Shown: piece by piece, positions 61,057-64,000 of the stretch
How positions within the stretch are numbered: the stretch's first letter is position 1
Layout of the letters: each line of letters begins with the position of its first letter
Source of the DNA: the human T2T-CHM13v2.0 reference genome, Homo sapiens
DNA length: 64,000 nucleotides
Reading direction: 5' to 3' (one strand)
Assembly: GCF_009914755.1 (NCBI RefSeq)
Contig: NC_060947.1
Made by a program: the position numbers and the translations under genes
The notes under the pieces: model-generated
What the model saw: only the letters and a program-made list of their open reading frames with translations
Database searches by the model: none
What the model was told of the DNA's origin: nothing

Positions 61057-62245
61057 AAGAATTCAAAGTTAAAACAGGTTACCACTTTCACCTATTACCA
61101 TCAGGTTGCTTATTTTTGTTTTATGTTTTTTATTTGTATGCATGTTTACTTTATGTTTCAGTTTACTACCCCCTAAGGCAGCAAGAGAGCAGGAAGATAA
61201 GCAAAATAGAGATGTTTTTGACAACTTGGCACTGAGAGACTATCCTAAGGGAATAATCTGAAATACATAAAAACATTTTATTCACAAAATTGGTCATCAC
61301 AGCATTATTTACAATACTGAAAATCTGGAAATAGCCTAAATTTCTAACAATTGAAAGAAGGTTAAGTAAATTATAAGACTACACAATAAAATATATTACC
61401 AGCAATATATCTTTGTGAAAATCTATAATAACCACACATAATACTTAGTAAAAAAGAACATAAATTACATGATAAAGAATATGACCAGAACAATGCAAAA
61501 AATTCACACCCCCAAAAAAGACAAGATATTATATGGCAATTTTGTGGTAAAATATTCATGTATTTGTGCTGCATTTCTAATTTTTCCGTAACTGACACAT
61601 CAGTTTTATAATTAGGAAAAAAATACCTTTTTAAAGTAAAGCGAACACAAGATTCTTTAGCAATGTTCATTCCATCCCACAATAGAGTCTAGAGAGTCAC
61701 AAAAACCTCAGCCTCCTTCGGGAGGGGGGGAGCTTGGTAGTGAAAAATGGTCATGAATGAATGGGTGAAGAGAGGGATGGGACAACCTAGTAGGAGGGAG
61801 GTAGGGATAGGCAAGGGAAAGGTGGGGACCAGTAGTCATACTGGTCAGCCAAGGAAAGGGGCATTGTGGAGTCAGGGAAGACTCTGACTGCTCAACAGAG
61901 GTCTGTCTAGACCCAGTAGTAGGCACTGACGGTGTTATCAAAGGACAGGATCAAAGAGAGATTTTAGGAAGACACGTGGATTATTTTAGGGACAGGGGAG
62001 GAAAGAGGAGGGGTGGGTAAACTACTTGGAAAGAAAGGGAGAAGGACTGAGAAGATGGCAATGGGAGTGGGGAGGAAGGGGCTGATTGCCTTTGTGACCT
62101 CACTACCAAACATACTTTGCTCACCTCCAGATAAGTCTTTGTGGGGCAAATGCAGGATAAAGAAACAGCTCATAAGAGGCACTTGCCAACATCCAACAAA
62201 TTCAGTTCAAAACCACAGAAAATCTAGGAGTCTCCAAAGAAAATC

Positions 62246-62520
62246 ACAGTCCTGCTGTGTTGCCGAGGCTGGAATACAATGGCACGATCTTCATTCACTG
62301 AAACCTCCGTCTCCTGGTTCAAGCGATTCTTGTGCCTTGGCCTCCCAAGAAGCTGGGATTACAGGCATGCACCACCACACCCGGCTAACTTTTGTATTTT
62401 TAGTAGAGACGGGGTTTCACCATGTTGGCCAGGCTGGTCTTGAACTCCTAACCTCAAGTGATCCGCCTGCCTGGGCCTCCCAAAGTGCTGGGATTACAGG
62501 TGTGAGCCACCGCATCCGAC
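62246..62520 (-). mobile_element. AluS-family SINE lacking its poly(A) tail
   Basis: Alu body from acagtcctgctgtgttgccgaggctgg to gagccaccgcatccgac, with no T tract before it. Confidence 0.9.
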
Positions 62521-64000
62521 TTCTAACGCACTGGGTTTTAACAAGCCCCTCAAGTAGTTCTGATGCTCCCTCATGTTTGTGAGCCACTGAATGAGGGCCA
62601 TGCAAAATGTCTAGAATCACTAGTTCTGCTGTCAGCTAAACCACATGAAAGAACCCCTGCTCATGTGAAAGAGAGATTTCTACAAATAAAGTGACGGGAG
62701 GACCACTAATAAGTTATGTCCAGCTTAGTGGGGTTGGGGAAAGGTTATATGAAGCAACAAAGATACAGTTTCTCTAAGCCAAGTAAAGGTAAAGAACTGT
62801 GGAGCAGGCAATAAAGCCAAATGCACTGAACTATGTCATAAGGAATTTACAGGCTGTATTGTAAAAGCCACAGTGAACATGATGACAGCAACAACGAGGA
62901 TGAAGAACAGCAAAGAAAAAGCTGAGGGAAACCATCGACCAAAGCAAGCGGAGGCTCAAAAGAGAGACGAGCTTCAGGATCAGGAAATGAACAGGGCCCT
63001 TCAGTCACGGAGAAGTCGTTGTTGCCAGAACAGTCAGTCACTTAACTGCTTAGAAGATCACCGTGTTACCATATAACCTCTATTGTAGGCTAATTAATTT
63101 TTAAAATCTGTCTAAAATTTACTGATTTTAATATAATATCTTGTCATTTTTGGCAACAATACACTGAAGTAACAATGTAGTTTGCTGTATTTTGTTTCAC
63201 AAATATTTACCTGGAAACACTGGAGACTTTGTAAAGAGAAAATTACTAAAAATTACTCCTTCACTACAGGACAGTAGATATTTAATATTTATTTAGAAAG
63301 CTATTGACACTTCTGATGACTACTGATAACTGAGAAGATTCAACATGTTATAAATATGAGTTGTAAATATTCCATCCCTTTTGAGATTATATACACTAAG
63401 CTTTTTACTACCACTGGCCTTTCTGGATACTTTCATATTTAGAGAATATAGAACTACATTCTGGGAGATTGACAATGACCTAATATTACACTAATGAAAA
63501 GTCTTCACAGTCCTCAAAATAATTTAGAATTTAATGTTTTCTTTAATAAGCAATTAAAATGGAATATTTTCTGCCTCCTGAATAAATACATGTCTGTAAC
63601 CAACCATCCCTAAAGAAGGATACTAATATATTTTGAGTGATTCAATCCACCCATGGATATAGTCACATCTTTAAATGTTTTCCAGTGTGAACAACAGTCT
63701 TTTAATAGATGGCCATTGAGTTCAAGGGTCATATTATTTGCTAACAAATTATTATTTGGGCCAGAAAGTATCTGAAAAAAGTTTAACCAAATTTCCTACA
63801 CATCTCATATCTCTAGTTTATTAAGCATTATTTATTATTTGGTGTAAAAATTCTACATTAATTACTTCATACATATTTTATCTTGAGATTATGAAATCCC
63901 ATGGTCTTAGAAACAAAAGATAGACTTTAAGACACTGGCTTCTGCTATTTTTTTTTAACTTTAGATTTGAAAAAGAAACATGGATTACATGTTAACATAA

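Noticed and set aside
62013-62582. 189-aa ORF
   Set aside because: Non-ATG start, and the C-terminal half is antisense Alu translation
60580-64000. Impression from memory that this end resembles DNA upstream of human ADRB2 (5q32)
   Set aside because: No exon or promoter of that gene is in the window and I cannot verify the recollection; BLAT against hg38 would settle it

Overview
Hominid, most likely human, non-coding genomic DNA dominated by transposable elements. I found no intact host protein-coding exon, structural RNA gene or CRISPR array. Bases 1-33 kb are a LINE-1 cluster. An old L1M copy (~1030-13150) carries a full-length SVA (1780-3525, perfect 20-bp TSD), a full-length L1PB (4492-11338) and an Alu monomer. 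A full-length but inactivated L1PA2/3-type element follows (17570-23624), then a minus-strand L1PA10-12-type element with an internal deletion and an AluSp. Bases 33-64 kb hold ancient L2/MIR/MaLR/DNA-transposon relics, several Alus, a nested LTR16/THE1/MLT2/Tigger2 stack and a small CpG-rich candidate regulatory element (~52.7-53.0 kb). I see no evidence for a new multi-gene system. The most interesting items are a near-perfect 49-bp-arm hairpin at an LTR terminus (45025-45132), a 24-nt 5' transduction on the SVA, a 3' transduction and an ACG-start ORF0 on the young L1, a poly(A)-only insertion with a 22-bp TSD, a tail-less internal L1 patch, a miR-1302-like MER53 palindrome and a diverged ~130-bp local duplication. 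Subfamily names come from remembered consensus features and need RepeatMasker/Dfam confirmation.
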